The translations under genes and the position numbers were made by a program. DNA of 61,793 nucleotides, the filler included. It is 8 parts of 8 records of this genome, joined end to end, with 100 filler letters (N's around TTAATTAATTAA, not from the genome) between each part and the next. Parts side by side here need not be neighbours in the genome. Positions count along the whole stretch, not along the records: positions 1 to 10,879 come from SRR7504441_814; 7 more parts are not named here. The stretch is one strand, 5' to 3'. The notes under the pieces were generated by a model, which was not told where the DNA came from, did no database searches, and saw nothing but the letters and a program-made list of their open reading frames with translations. Positions 1 through 10,979 of the stretch are shown here, piece after piece. Position 1 is the first letter of the stretch; each line of letters opens with the position of its first letter.

Positions 1-963
1 CGGCCCGGCAGCTGCCCGATCGAGCCCGCCCGCCGTCAAGCGGAGTCCAGGCCTGTCGCCAAACAAGAAGCGGATGCGACGCAGGCCTGGGTTCCCGCGG
101 GCTCTGTTTGGTTGGGTGCTGCATCGACTCGGAGCTCGTAAGCCCGAGGCCGCGCCGGGCCGACGGCTGGGCAGGCGCTGAGAGCATGCAAAACCAGACT
201 TTCCCGAGCGATGCGCCGAGCGGCCAGGATATGCAAGTCCTGACTGGACTGCTGGCCAATCTGAAAGGTCCGGCCGTGCTCGGGGTGCGGGCTGAGCTGT
301 GGCCAGCTGGGGTGCAGCTGTCGGCCGAGGGCGATCAAGTGGACGCGCTGGTTGCTTTCTTTGAGCGCGCGCACATCCATTTCGAAGGTGCGGATTGTGG
401 TGGATGGTGTGACCGGAGGGCAGGTTCTCGCAATCTCGGCCTGTGGCGACGTTCGGCGGAGGACTACGGCAAGCTGATGGCCCAGCTGTGCTGGAGGCTG
501 GTGGACAAGCTCGAGGTGGCGGCCTGCGTGAGCGAGGTGGCACCGCAGCATGTGCGCGAGGCGATGGGCAAAGACACGCTGCGCACCTGGGCCTCATTCC
601 TGGTGCAGAGCCAGCGCGGGCAGACAGTGGACAACTTTGTATCCAGCTGGAGCAACGGGACTAGCTTCTGGGTGCTGCTGGCGCACGCGCAGCCGCAGTG
701 GGAGCCGTTCAGCGCGCAGCTGGACCTGCAGCCGGGCAGCTGGGTCGGGAATCTGGAGAGGGCGTTCAGCGGGTTTGCGAGCATTGGAGTCCCTCACCTG
801 CTGGATTCGACGGAGGTGATAACCGGCTTATTCGGTTTAGGGGATCGTGTGGGCTCAGGTGGCCAAGGGCGAGAGCGTCGACGCGCCTCTCAAGGACCAG
901 ATAATTCTGTACGTTGCGCTAATCTTCAATCATTGCCTAGCGATGGGTATAGATCCGTGGTGA
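1..963 (+). CDS. Calponin-homology (CH) domain protein, 5'-partial, intron-containing
   Basis: The segment 'TLRTWA...VDNFVSSWSNGTSFWVLL...NLERAFSGFASIGVPHLLD' matches the CH2-type signature. Removing the GT-AG intron 816-858 gives the closing helix 'PLKDQIILYVALIFNH' and TGA at 961-963. There is also an in-frame 36-nt intron at 388-423. Confidence 0.75.
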
Positions 964-1102
964 AGCCCTGATATTAATAAGAGAGCGTCGATATTATAAG
1001 AGGATTCCGAAGTGAACCAACTCGTAGATGACTCGTGGACACTCCAACCGTTCGATCTAGTCAGACTAAGTGATTAATTGTGGAGAAGATCTGGCGACGC
1101 AC

Positions 1103-1469
1103 TCATTGCGACCCACCGGCCGCCGCCGCTTCGGCCTGTTGTGCTTTCTTCTTCTCGTACTGCACCCACACCAGCGTCACCTCCGCCGCTGGTGGGTCGC
1201 AGCACCTGCGCGCAAGTCCAGGTCTTCATGCTCACCGCGTGGATCTGCTCCATCAGAGGCTTGAGCGCCTCATTCACCGTCCTCTGCCGCTGAAGCAGCG
1301 GCACCCCTTCAAAGCTGTCGCTGATCACCAGCAGCTCAAACTGCCCGCTCTCAGCGGCCCGTCTGGCCGGCCACACCTTGGCCCCGCAGCCGCCAGAGAC
1401 GTCGGCCACCTCAAGCGTCTCCAGCTCAGGGATGGCCTCCTGCAGCAGCTCTCGGATCTGCTCGTCCAT
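1103..1469 (-). CDS. BOLA2: BolA-family protein (BolA2-like), two introns
   Basis: Removing the 36-nt intron 1341-1376 gives 'DVSGGCGAKFELLVISDSFEGVPLLQRQRTVNEALKPLMEQIHAVSMKTWT'. Removing a second intron gives the tail 'YEKKKAQQ...GGSQ*'. Confidence 0.9.
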
Positions 1470-1565
1470 GCTCCTCGGGTCGTACTAGCACAGACCCTCC
1501 AGACCCTGTGGCGCCGGCGATTGTAACGGACTTTACTCGCACACGAGCGCGGAAGCGGGACAGTG

Positions 1566-2688
1566 ATGAGCAAGCGGAAGCGGGACGACAGCGAGGAGGA
1601 GGCTGAGTTTGTGCTCGATTGTCAGCCCAGCGACCCGGCGGCTCCCGATGAGCCGCCGCAGCTGGCTGCGTTGCACACCCCGAAACCGCAGCCGCGGCCC
1701 GAGGTGATCAAATCGCCGTGCGACGCTGAACGCCGGGCCAGGCCAGCTCGAGCGCTGGGCGCCAGGGGCTGAGTGGCCGGTACTTTATGGCGCCCGACTC
1801 GTCCAAGCGCTGCTTCAACTGCGGCGGGAACGGGCACAACGCCCGAGAATGCGTCGAGCCCAAGAAGACCTCGATATGCTTTCTCTGTGCCGAATCCGGG
1901 CATGAATCGCGCGACTGCCCGAACGAGCTGTGCTTCAACTGCGACGGGCCCGGTCACCAAGCACGGGTGCGCGCGCTGGGCGGACTCGGCGGACTCGGCC
2001 GCAGGACTGTCCTGAGCCGCGGCGGCCGCGGGTGTCGTGCGCGCTGTGCTTTCAATTGGGCCATTTAACCACGGTAGGCGCCAGGGGGGCTGCTGCTCAC
2101 CGGCTGGCGGCAGGAGTGTGATCGGCACCAGTTTAGAGAATTGATCGGAAAGGTGCTGCGGCACTCAAACTGCCGACTCAAACTGTGTGTGGCCAGAAGC
2201 TGAACCAGCCCAAGTATTGCTACAACTGTGGGGAGAAGGGCCATTGGGGGATTGAGTGCCTCCAGCGCTTTGAACGGTGGGGCGCGGGGTGGCTGCTGGT
2301 TGATAGCTGCTGCAGAAGGACCTGTGGCGTGATACAGCAGTCGCCGAGTGCCGGGCCATGTTTCCTGTGCGGCCAGACGGGGCACATGAAGCGGGACTGC
2401 CCCCAAAACGGCAAGGGCAGGGGCAAGGGCAAGGGCAAGGGTCATGGCGAAAGGCGCATCCAGCTGCAATCGGACTCGAGGTTTTCATCTCGGAACCGAT
2501 TTGACATGCAAGCGCCACGGTCGGAGGATAGATGGTCCCAGCGCTACCGCGACGATAGACGGCCGTACCAGGACCGCCGCGATGATCACTACGACCGCTA
2601 TGATCGCCGCGGAGGGCAGCGGGGAGGGCACAAGCGAAGTAGATCCGAAGGCTCAATGGATTATTCAAATAGGTACCACCGATATTAA
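1566..2688 (+). CDS. Multi-CCHC zinc-knuckle RNA-binding protein (Air1/Air2/ZCCHC7-like)
   Basis: About six CX2CX4HX4C knuckles (CFNCGGNGHNAREC, CFLCAESGHESRDC, CFNCDGPGHQARDC, CALCFQLGHLTTEC, CYNCGEKGHWGIEC, CFLCGQTGHMKRDC) appear after removing about 5 short introns. 'RYF' precedes knuckle 1 and the tail is GK/RD-rich. Confidence 0.8.
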
Positions 2689-2974
2689 GATTGAGCTAGA
2701 ACAATGCGTACCCTCCATAAAGTGCCAAATCTATAAATGTTCAGCGGTCCACTAACTATACAATGAGCTTAGCAATGCGGGTTTGTGCAACTGGTCGGTT
2801 CCGGAACCTCCGCGGCCAAGCTTCCCACCAATTTTATAACTCATCGAGGAGCGCTGCACAGGCTAGATCTAGCGGCCGTCTGGTATGCCACTCCGTCGGA
2901 CTGCGGCCGTCGAGCACAGGACTGCGGGGAGCACCGCCAGAACGCCCCCCTGGTCAGCCGTCCGAGCCGGTTTA

Positions 2975-3330
2975 TCAGTTGGAGTCTGCTGCGTCGGCTT
3001 TATTCGCCAGAGCGCCATCGGCCAGGAATTTATCCCAGGCGACCATGCAATCCACCTGCCCCGCTCTCGGCCCCCGCCGGCCCGGGGCTCCGGCCTGGCT
3101 CTCGGCCAGCTCGACCAGCCGCTCGACCGCTTCGTCCTGCTCGGCGACCATGTCGTGCAGCTTGGAGAGGTTGCGCGAGAGCTGCGGCCGCCCGGTGAGC
3201 CCCGAGCGCCCCGGGCTCACCAGCTGGACTTGGTCCCGCAGGTCCTGCACCGCCGGCTCCTCCTCAGCCCCCTCCAGCCTCAATCAATCCCTCGGACACA
3301 CACTTGTCTGCCGTTGTGATCTCCCTCTTT
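2975..3330 (-). CDS. Small coiled-coil protein (possibly DASH/Hsk3-like); start codon unresolved
   Basis: The spliced core reads 'DLRDQVQL|LSRNLSKLHDMVAEQDEAVERLVELAESQ|VDCMVAWDKFL'. Two 39-nt intron-like segments match the genome's intron pattern. I found no ATG upstream. Confidence 0.4.
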
Positions 3331-3394
3331 GTTGGCGGCAAAACTATATATAATCAGGACCCCGCCTGTCCGGTGGTGGGCGGCGGCGGAGGCG

Positions 3395-5289
3395 ATGCAG
3401 CAGTCCCCGGCCGGGTCCGAGATGATGCAGCAGAGCATCAGTGCCCCGCCCAGTCCCGGCTGCCGGCTGACTGCTGCTGGTCCCAGGCCGCACCAAGTCG
3501 TTCTATTCGTCGATGCACTCCAAGCTGCAGCATCGTGTACCAATGGTGAAACTTCAAATGGCAGAGGCGGAGGCAGCAGTGCTTGCACAACAATTGAACA
3601 AGGAGCAGCTGGCGCATGACCAGACCCGCACGGTGATCGTTGATACGCTCCAAGCCTGAATTCTGGTGTTGCGTGGAGCAGGACCTTGACCGTATCAAAG
3701 ACCAGCTCAAGGCTAAGAATGTGGAACTAGAGAAGTTGAGCAACATGATGCTTGAAATGACTCCTCGGCCTGATTGGAGTGAAATATCCATGTCTGTTGC
3801 TGACTTGAAGGAGGGGTTCCAGTAAGATAGCGGTGTTGGTGACGTGGGGCTGATGCTTGTGTGTCAGGAAATGCACAACAAGTGCACAACGCATGGATCA
3901 GGTCAGACTGCAGTACTCACTTTGGACTCTCATCTTGCTTGTGTGCTTCTGCAGATGGAAAGCATGCTCAAGAAGTCCACAGATGCCGTGAAAAAGATAC
4001 AGAAGAAGAAAGGTGGCGGGAAAAAAGGAGCTGCCAAGGAAGGGGCATTCGATTACTTTACTGGGCTGGGCACTGCAAAGGATGTTCCAGAGTTTCTCAG
4101 AACAAATGGCCGTGTGCGTAATAACCATCTGAGCAAGGGTGCGTGTGAGAATCTGGTTAAAGAGTGCTGGGATAAGAAGAAAGAATTCGATGGAGGTTTG
4201 TTTCACTGCATCAAATCTTGTTCATGAATCTGTTGTGCAGCATCCAACGGCAAGAAAACGACCAAGCTTGAGGCTTTCTTTCCAATGTTTCTACAACAAA
4301 AATTTGGAAAAGATCAGGCATGTCATGATCACCGGCTAACCTGACTGAACTCACCACAGATCATTGAGAACGCCTACAACATCTGGTTTGCCCTCAAGGA
4401 CTATTCCTGGGATGCAGATTGTGACCTCTTTTATAGAATCTTGCAAGGGAAGATGGACGAAGAAGTCTATACTGACCAGATGAAGCTCTTATCCAATCTG
4501 TTAACCAAATTTCAGGACACAGATCGGGAATTGAATGATGGAAACCTCAGTGGAAGGATGCCAAAAGATGTTCTCAAAACTGTGTTTGCAGGTAATGTTG
4601 CGTAGTGGGGCAGAATGCTAGAAATAACAAATTGCAGTGTGAGTGTGCTGTTGCAGAATTCTTCCCAGTTAAATCAGACAAGGACATCAAAGATTGCTTT
4701 AAGCAGCTGGACAAGGACTATGTCACGGAAGAGGCAAGACCAATTGAGTAGACACAGGCACTGAGCTTGAGGTGGCAGGTGGAGTATGACACAATTTTTG
4801 CCGAAGATGCTGAAGGAAACCAAGGAGACTTTATCGAATGTGACATAGCCTAAGCGTGATCCTGTACATACCCTTTTAACCTTTGCATCAGGTGTGCGCG
4901 ATCAACACCTTGCAGATCGAGATGATTACATAGAATCAATCGAGGAAGCCCTGTGGGATCAGGTAGATGCAGTTTATTATAAGAATAAGTATGGCATTCG
5001 ACACAAGTAGGTTGATACTGGTCTCAGGATGAGGATGACACGGGTGAAATAACAGTGGCGCAAGTTCTCGATGCTTTCTTGACATTCGACCCTGAGAAAC
5101 AGAGTGACGAGGTTAGTCTGAGCTGAAAACAAGGAACAGAAGCTGATTTTTTTCCAGGTAATGGACATTGTTGCTCGTGTTGTTGGATGTCCACCAAAGC
5201 AATTGAAACCAACCAAAGTGGTAGCTATTCCAGCTTTCCTCAAAACTATCCAAGGCATGTCCCTACATCGAAGGACGAAGAAATCTTGA
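3395..5289 (+). CDS. TSNAXIP1: Translin-associated factor X-interacting protein 1-like (cilia/flagella-associated) with C-terminal EF-hand-like region; about 10 introns
   Basis: Motifs 'MTPRPDW', 'DYFTGLGTAKDVPEFLRTNGRVRNNHLSKGACENLVKECW', 'AYNIWFALKDYSWDADCDLFYRILQGEMDEEVY' and 'FAEDAEGNQGDFIECVRDQH'. The exons join cleanly using GT-AG and GC-AG introns. Confidence 0.8.
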
Positions 5290-5679
5290 TCAATTCATTC
5301 AAGCCTTTGCAAACTAGAACTTTACTTGATTTAAACTCAAGGTTCCAGCCCCAGTTTTACTGAGCTAGCGTGCAACTGAGTCAGTCTTTGTAATTTAAGT
5401 TTACAACAAGTATAATGAGCCGGGTCGCTAGCTTACATGTATTCTCTGTATCCTAATATATTATTTTATTTCATTTCAGATAACGAAATACTTCAGTCCA
5501 GTGTGCTCCACACTACCTAGGCGCGCGTAATGCTAGCCTTGGTCCACTAGGTTCAATGCGTGAAAGAGCGGCTGCCGTAGTACTGCCGTAGCATCGTGTA
5601 GTTAGCGCAGGGTCACTTCAATGTATGAAATGTAGGTCGCTTCCATAGTATGAAACTAGTATGAAACAGATTGCAGGAC

Positions 5680-8600
5680 TCACAAGAGCGTATTGATCAG
5701 GAATTGATCACCACTAGGGCAAGGTATGCCCATCTCTGCTTTTTCCACTATGGCGCATTTCATTGAGTTGTGGAACTCAAAGATAGCTGTCGTGCGATCG
5801 TGTGCACCCAGCACTGTTGCACGGTGAACTGCGTGGGTGTCAAATAGGAAGCCCTCGCCCCTTTTGCCGCATGCTTTGCTGACGTCGAAGTTGCTGCGGA
5901 CATAGCTGTCAGTGTACCGTGAAAATGGGAAAGTTTCAGTCTTGAAAAACTGAATATTTTGAGTACCCTTCACGACAAGCGTTGGGTGACCTTCCTCACA
6001 GTCCACATCGTGCAGAAACACAAACATCTTGAGCCTTCGTCCCGCTCTATCATGATGCCACTGAGCTGCAATATATTGACCTGTGTCATTTAATCCATGG
6101 AGTCTCGTCAGTTTGTATCCGTTCAGAGTCGTTTCATTGCCAAGGTAGCTACGCACAAGCTTCTGTATGGTCGAGTTGGCAACAATTCTCTTTTCAAGCA
6201 GGGGAACAGACAGTCTAGATGTCACAACAGCCCCATTCGAAACAACTGACGTGACGGCTGGATTATCCTGGGACATCACATCATCTGCCAAGTCCATAAG
6301 CTCCGTAAGTTCCGAGTCTGATAGTCCATAGTTCATCATAACGATGCCATCTCGCTGCAATGTATTGTATAGGCTCTTTTCTCCTGGTGTCATCTCAATC
6401 CAGCTGTCGTGCACATTACGAAGCGGCTGGTCCATGTGCCAGTGCACTGGATGATGTGCATTCTTGCCAAGAAAAAGAGATCTGAGGAGCTCGAGCTTGT
6501 AGCTTGTCAAAGGCTGGTGCAGAGCAGTTGCCAGTTGAGCTCCATCAATTGTGTCATTCAAACGTGGCTGAGCTAGGGCTGCTAAATCGATTCCAAAAGC
6601 AGACACTGCAAGGCCTTCGCGGAGCATTGATGCCAGTGCATTGGCTGCCTTCGCATCAGAGCACAGAGTATCTCGGATTTCGGTCTGGTGTTGCTCAAAA
6701 TGCGGAGCCACCTTCTCCTGGTGAACGTATGCCGCTGAATCGATCCGCGCCAGTGCCTGTTCCAGCTCTTCAGCAAGCGCACAACTTGGTGCATCATCAG
6801 CGGATGACTTGTCCGGCAAATCCGTGCATTTGGCCAATGCGCGCTCAGTTATTGCCGCCAGGCGATACGACATTGAGCGGTTGGATATCGTGCTGCTGGT
6901 TGACGAGCTCCCGGATATGCAAGAGACTCCTACTTGGAGCAGCTTTGAGATGTCCTTCTGCTCAGTGGGGCGACAAGCTACCAGCGAGGGCTCATGCCCT
7001 GAGCAGCTTATTTTCCAGGCAGGCTCTAGTTGCTGATCAGCTTCCCATGTCATGACTTGGAATGCCTTTGAGAAGCCGAGCTGCCTGCACGTGGCGTTGG
7101 CTTCTGCAAGCGTCCAAGTTGGTGTGAGCAGAGGACTCCAATTGCCGTCAGCAGCCTTCACAAGTATCTTGCCGCTATCTGTGTTGCCGCCATATAGCTG
7201 CAGCTGCCCCAACGGCGACAAGTCGCGAAAGGGGTTGAGTCGGGGGACGCCGCCATCATTGTCCCCAAACAGGCGCAGCGACCGCCGGAGCACCCCAGGC
7301 AGTGCCATTCCCCTGCTGTGGATGCCACTCGTGTCAGCCACCACCAAAGTCCAATCGGAGCCAACAATAGGAAGCATCGGTATTGCGGGCTTGAACCCGC
7401 GTGGGGCACTGGTGCGCGGGTGGAATCTGAGAGAGGGCTCCTGGACAGCAGCAGGCGACAGGCTGGCACTCTGAATCCACTCGAGCCGGCCAGCAGTGTT
7501 CCGGTGAGATCCGACTACATAGTGCAGCGGGCCGTGCTCGAGCACTGTGTCCCCTGGGAAGGCCCACACCTGCGAGCAGCGTCAGGATCGGCCAAACTTG
7601 GGATTGTTCAACCTTGAAGGCTCCGCTGAACGTGTCCTGGTGCAGATCGTACTGCGGATCGTTCAGTTCGTGTGTAGTGTTCCTTTCCACCCAGCGGAGT
7701 GTAGCAGGCAAGTCCACTTCAGGCTCGCCAGACACCATTGAAAGCAAGCCTGCTAGCATCTCGCGGTCAACCGAGTCGAAATCCTTGAGCACGAAGCCTT
7801 GGCTTGAGAATGCTCGGTAGTCCGGGTGCAGGTCCAGCCCCTGCTCGCGCCGGCGCGCATCCTGCATCCGCTCGGCCAGCAGGCTGCGCATCGGCTGGAG
7901 CCCTTTCTGGTTGAGCTCGTGGAGCACCAGCCGCATTGGAGACACGACCTGCACCAACAATTGGCACAATCGGCACGCAGACACACCTGCTCGAGCACAC
8001 ACGAGTCCTGCCCGAGCAAGGCGGCCTCGAGCTCTGCGAACGGCACTCCCGACACATTTCCGAGCAGCGCCCGGTCGTTCCGGCTGAGGAAGCGATTCAA
8101 GCTGTCACAGCGCACTCAGCGCACTCAGCAACAGCCGCGCACCGGGCAGCCAGCTGTGCAGACAACTGCTTCTGGGCCTGCGCATCCGGGATGCACGACT
8201 TTGCGGCCTCACGCGCGTGGATCAGCGAAAAGTTCCCCCCGACCAAGCTGGTGAGCTCCCCGGTGCTCGCCGTGTACTCGCACGAGCCAAACTTTTCGCC
8301 CTCGGCGTGAAAGATTCCTAGCGCATACCCGGTGGGCGTGCCAGCGCGGCAGTAGGCGATTTTGGGGCCGGTACTGTCGTGGATGTAGGTGAGCTCCGGC
8401 ACCGGCGGAATCACGTCGGTGGACACCCAGCGCCACCACACCGAGCACGACGGGTCGAGCGCCATCCGCTCAAATTGCGGAGCGAGTCCCCGGTAGGGGT
8501 GAAGGACTTGACACCCGCCCTCAGCGACGTAGCCAGCCCCAGGGCGTGCCCCTGCGCCAGAGAGAGCAGCGTGAGGCACCGGGGCGGCGGGGCTGGCACC

Positions 8601-8765
8601 GGTGGCGCGGCAGAGCGGGGTCTCGGGCTCAAACATGAATGTGACCGGCGGCGACGAGTGCTGGCTGGTCCACCGGATGCAGTGCTGGCTGTTGCGCGGC
8701 TTGAACCCCAGGGCACCAGAAGACAGCATAGCTGCTGACAGCAGCCATAGGACGCGCGAACGCAT
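5680..8765 (-). CDS. Secreted multidomain protein: signal peptide, DM9-like repeats, PhyH-like 2OG-Fe(II) dioxygenase, SRCR domain, second PhyH-like dioxygenase
   Basis: ORFs 8097-8822, 7753-8115, 7334-8002 and 5680-7569 join through short GT-AG introns. Two HxD...H iron triads (LHQD/DTSGIHSRG and WHHD/DTHAVHRA). SRCR motif 'WTLAEANATCRQLGF...ISCSGHEPSLVAC'. Confidence 0.75.
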
Positions 8766-9196
8766 TGCCTCGCACAACTCGTCCGCGATCGCGAAAGGTT
8801 CTGGACTTCGGAGTGCTCCCACACACTGAACTACTCATGACTGCGGCTATACTGCGGCATCAGTGCGCGCATCGTAGTAACTGGTACATCGATCATGAAT
8901 CGTACAATACATGAACTCGTACAGCTAGCTGTACCGCCTGTACGTAGATCTACGGCAATACGAATACGCGTTCATCGATCTCGACTCATGAATAGCGCTG
9001 GGTACTCTAATGTTAGGGCTAGGGCTACTCGTGTTTGTCCCATCTCGTGTAAATAATAATTTACCATATAAATGATTGAAAAAGAATCAATCGAATTCAA
9101 TGAAAAGATTGAAAGCTCCAATCATGACACTAGTTAATTGTTTAGATTTGATCGATCATGAGATTGAGTCATCGAGTCATCCAGATTAACTGATTT

Positions 9197-10879
9197 CTAG
9201 CAGAACAAGTGCGTTGCGGAGGAAGCCTCGAGCATTTGTTGGGCTCTTGTGCTGCCGACCACGCGCTCGAGATGATACCAATCATACTTGTTGTACAACA
9301 CGAGCGACGAAGCGGCGTCCTCTGCAGCCGTCGAAAGATTATTAACAAACTCGGCATAGAAGTGTGCGTACTCTGGGAGCGAGTAGACCACTAGCTGCCG
9401 TATCTCCCGGATGGGCTTTCTGTAGAAGAAATGGAACCGCTCGGTGATTAGCAGGATCCGGCGCTTGCAGGTGCCCCACCACTGGGCATTCCGTGACTTT
9501 GCCTTATCAGACGAGTACTCGGACAGCGTGCAGAACGAGGCATCCTTCCGGCGGAGCAGATTGCGCAGCTGCACGAATTCGAAATAGCTTCTGCACACGA
9601 GCACGGTGCGCGGGACCTGGCCCTGGAGCAGCGACGGGAGCACTTTGTCTGTAAAGTGCTTGAGCCGGAGCTTGTGCGACTGCTGCAGGCTGCTGGCCTC
9701 GAGCCGCTGGAAGAGCTGCTTAGGCTGCCCAGTGCACAGGGCCAGCGCGCCTTGCTCCGAAGGCTGCGGGTCAACCTGGAAATAGCTCGGGTTGTGACAC
9801 TCACGGTTGAAGACTGCTAAGAGCTCTGGGAACTTGTGCGCTGAAAGCAGCACCGTCTGGCGCATGTGGCGGGCCCAGCCACTCAGCAGGCTGTTCCGCA
9901 CCCTGAAGAAGTCGGTGGTCTCGCGCACCTGCTGGGGCATGCACGAGCTGGCCCCGAGCACGATCCGGAGGTGCTCCCAGTTCTGCATCAGCATCACGTC
10001 CGCCTCGTCCACCACCAGGATCTCGACCGACGACAAAAAGTCAAACTCGCGCTTCGGGTCGCCCGGCGCGCCTGCCCGCGGTGAGCGGCTGGTCCGTTGG
10101 GAGGGCACCGATCAGCATCCTCAGCCCGAGCGGGGAGGCCACAATCAGGTCGGAAGAGTAAAACTCGCTGTAAAGCTTGATTGACCTGCCTCAAGCTAAG
10201 CCCGAGCACCAGAGCCAGCACCTCCGTGTGAACCGGAGCCCCAGCCGGAACCCGTCGTCCAGGTTGCCCTCGAACGTGCGCTTGTAGTCGGCCGGCTTGG
10301 ACGGGTGCACGGCCGGCGCGTCTTGGTCCTCGCCAAACTCTTGCTCAAACCTGGCCTTGTTCTCGACCTCCTGCAGGTTCTGCGGCGCCCCGGCCAGCAG
10401 ACTCTGCACAAACTTGAGCGCCCGGCCCCGGAACGGGAGCAGCACCAGCGCCTTGGCCCGAGTGAACCCCTGGTCCCGGAACTCGGTTGGCTGGTTGGCC
10501 TCGGCCGCCGCCTTGGCCCTTGCGTCGTTCCTGAGCTGTATGTCGCGCGCCTTGAGGATGTGGTTAGTCAGGTGCAGAGCTAGCGCCTGATAGACCGGCT
10601 CGGTGTGCTCCGGCCGGCGGCCGGTCCAGAGCAGGTCGGTGTACCGGAGCAGCCCCCCGAGCAACCCATCCCGCACGCCCGACCCGCCGAGCTGCTGGTG
10701 TGTCTCAAGCAGCCGAGCCTTCACGCTCAGCCGCTCCAGTCCGCCCGCCCGCAGCCTGCTCGGCCCGACCGGCTGGCTGCCCCGTCCGCTGCTCCCGAGC
10801 GCCCGCAGGCAGCCGAGCTTGTCGAGCGGCACCGCCGCCGGCCGGCTGGGCTCGGCCTCCAGCTCGGTGTCCCAGTGCT
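9197..10879 (-). CDS. UTP25: U3 snoRNA-associated protein 25 (UTP25/DIEXF), 5'-truncated at contig edge
   Basis: Motifs 'RDQGFTRAKALVLLPFR', 'KPADYKRTFEGNLDDGFRLG', 'LYSEFYSSDLIVASPLGLR', 'DFLSSVEILVVDEADVMLMQNWEH', 'SYFEFVQLRN' and 'TERFHFF'. Two introns of 36-37 nt. Confidence 0.95.
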
Positions 10880-10979
10880 NNNNNNNNNNNNNNNNNNNNN
10901 NNNNNNNNNNNNNNNNNNNNNNNTTAATTAATTAANNNNNNNNNNNNNNNNNNNNNNNNNNNNNNNNNNNNNNNNNNNN
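10880..10979. other. Artificial contig spacer (N44-TTAATTAATTAA-N44). Identical spacers at 17601-17700, 32447-32546, 42335-42434, 49138-49237, 53140-53239 and 56701-56800
   Basis: Seven identical 100-nt blocks with a six-frame stop linker. Genes are truncated at their edges. Confidence 0.99.

Noticed and set aside
1787..2410. CCHC knuckles as retrotransposon Gag
   Set aside because: No protease, RT, integrase or LTRs. The gene is intron-rich and resembles cellular Air1/ZCCHC7.
9013..9026. TTAGGGCTAGGGCT telomere-like sequence
   Set aside because: Only two imperfect units at an internal position, which is compatible with chance.
10880..10979. Recurrent TTAATTAATTAA palindrome within N runs
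   Set aside because: It is an artificial contig-joining linker, identical seven times. Cross-spacer gene neighbourhoods were therefore not interpreted.
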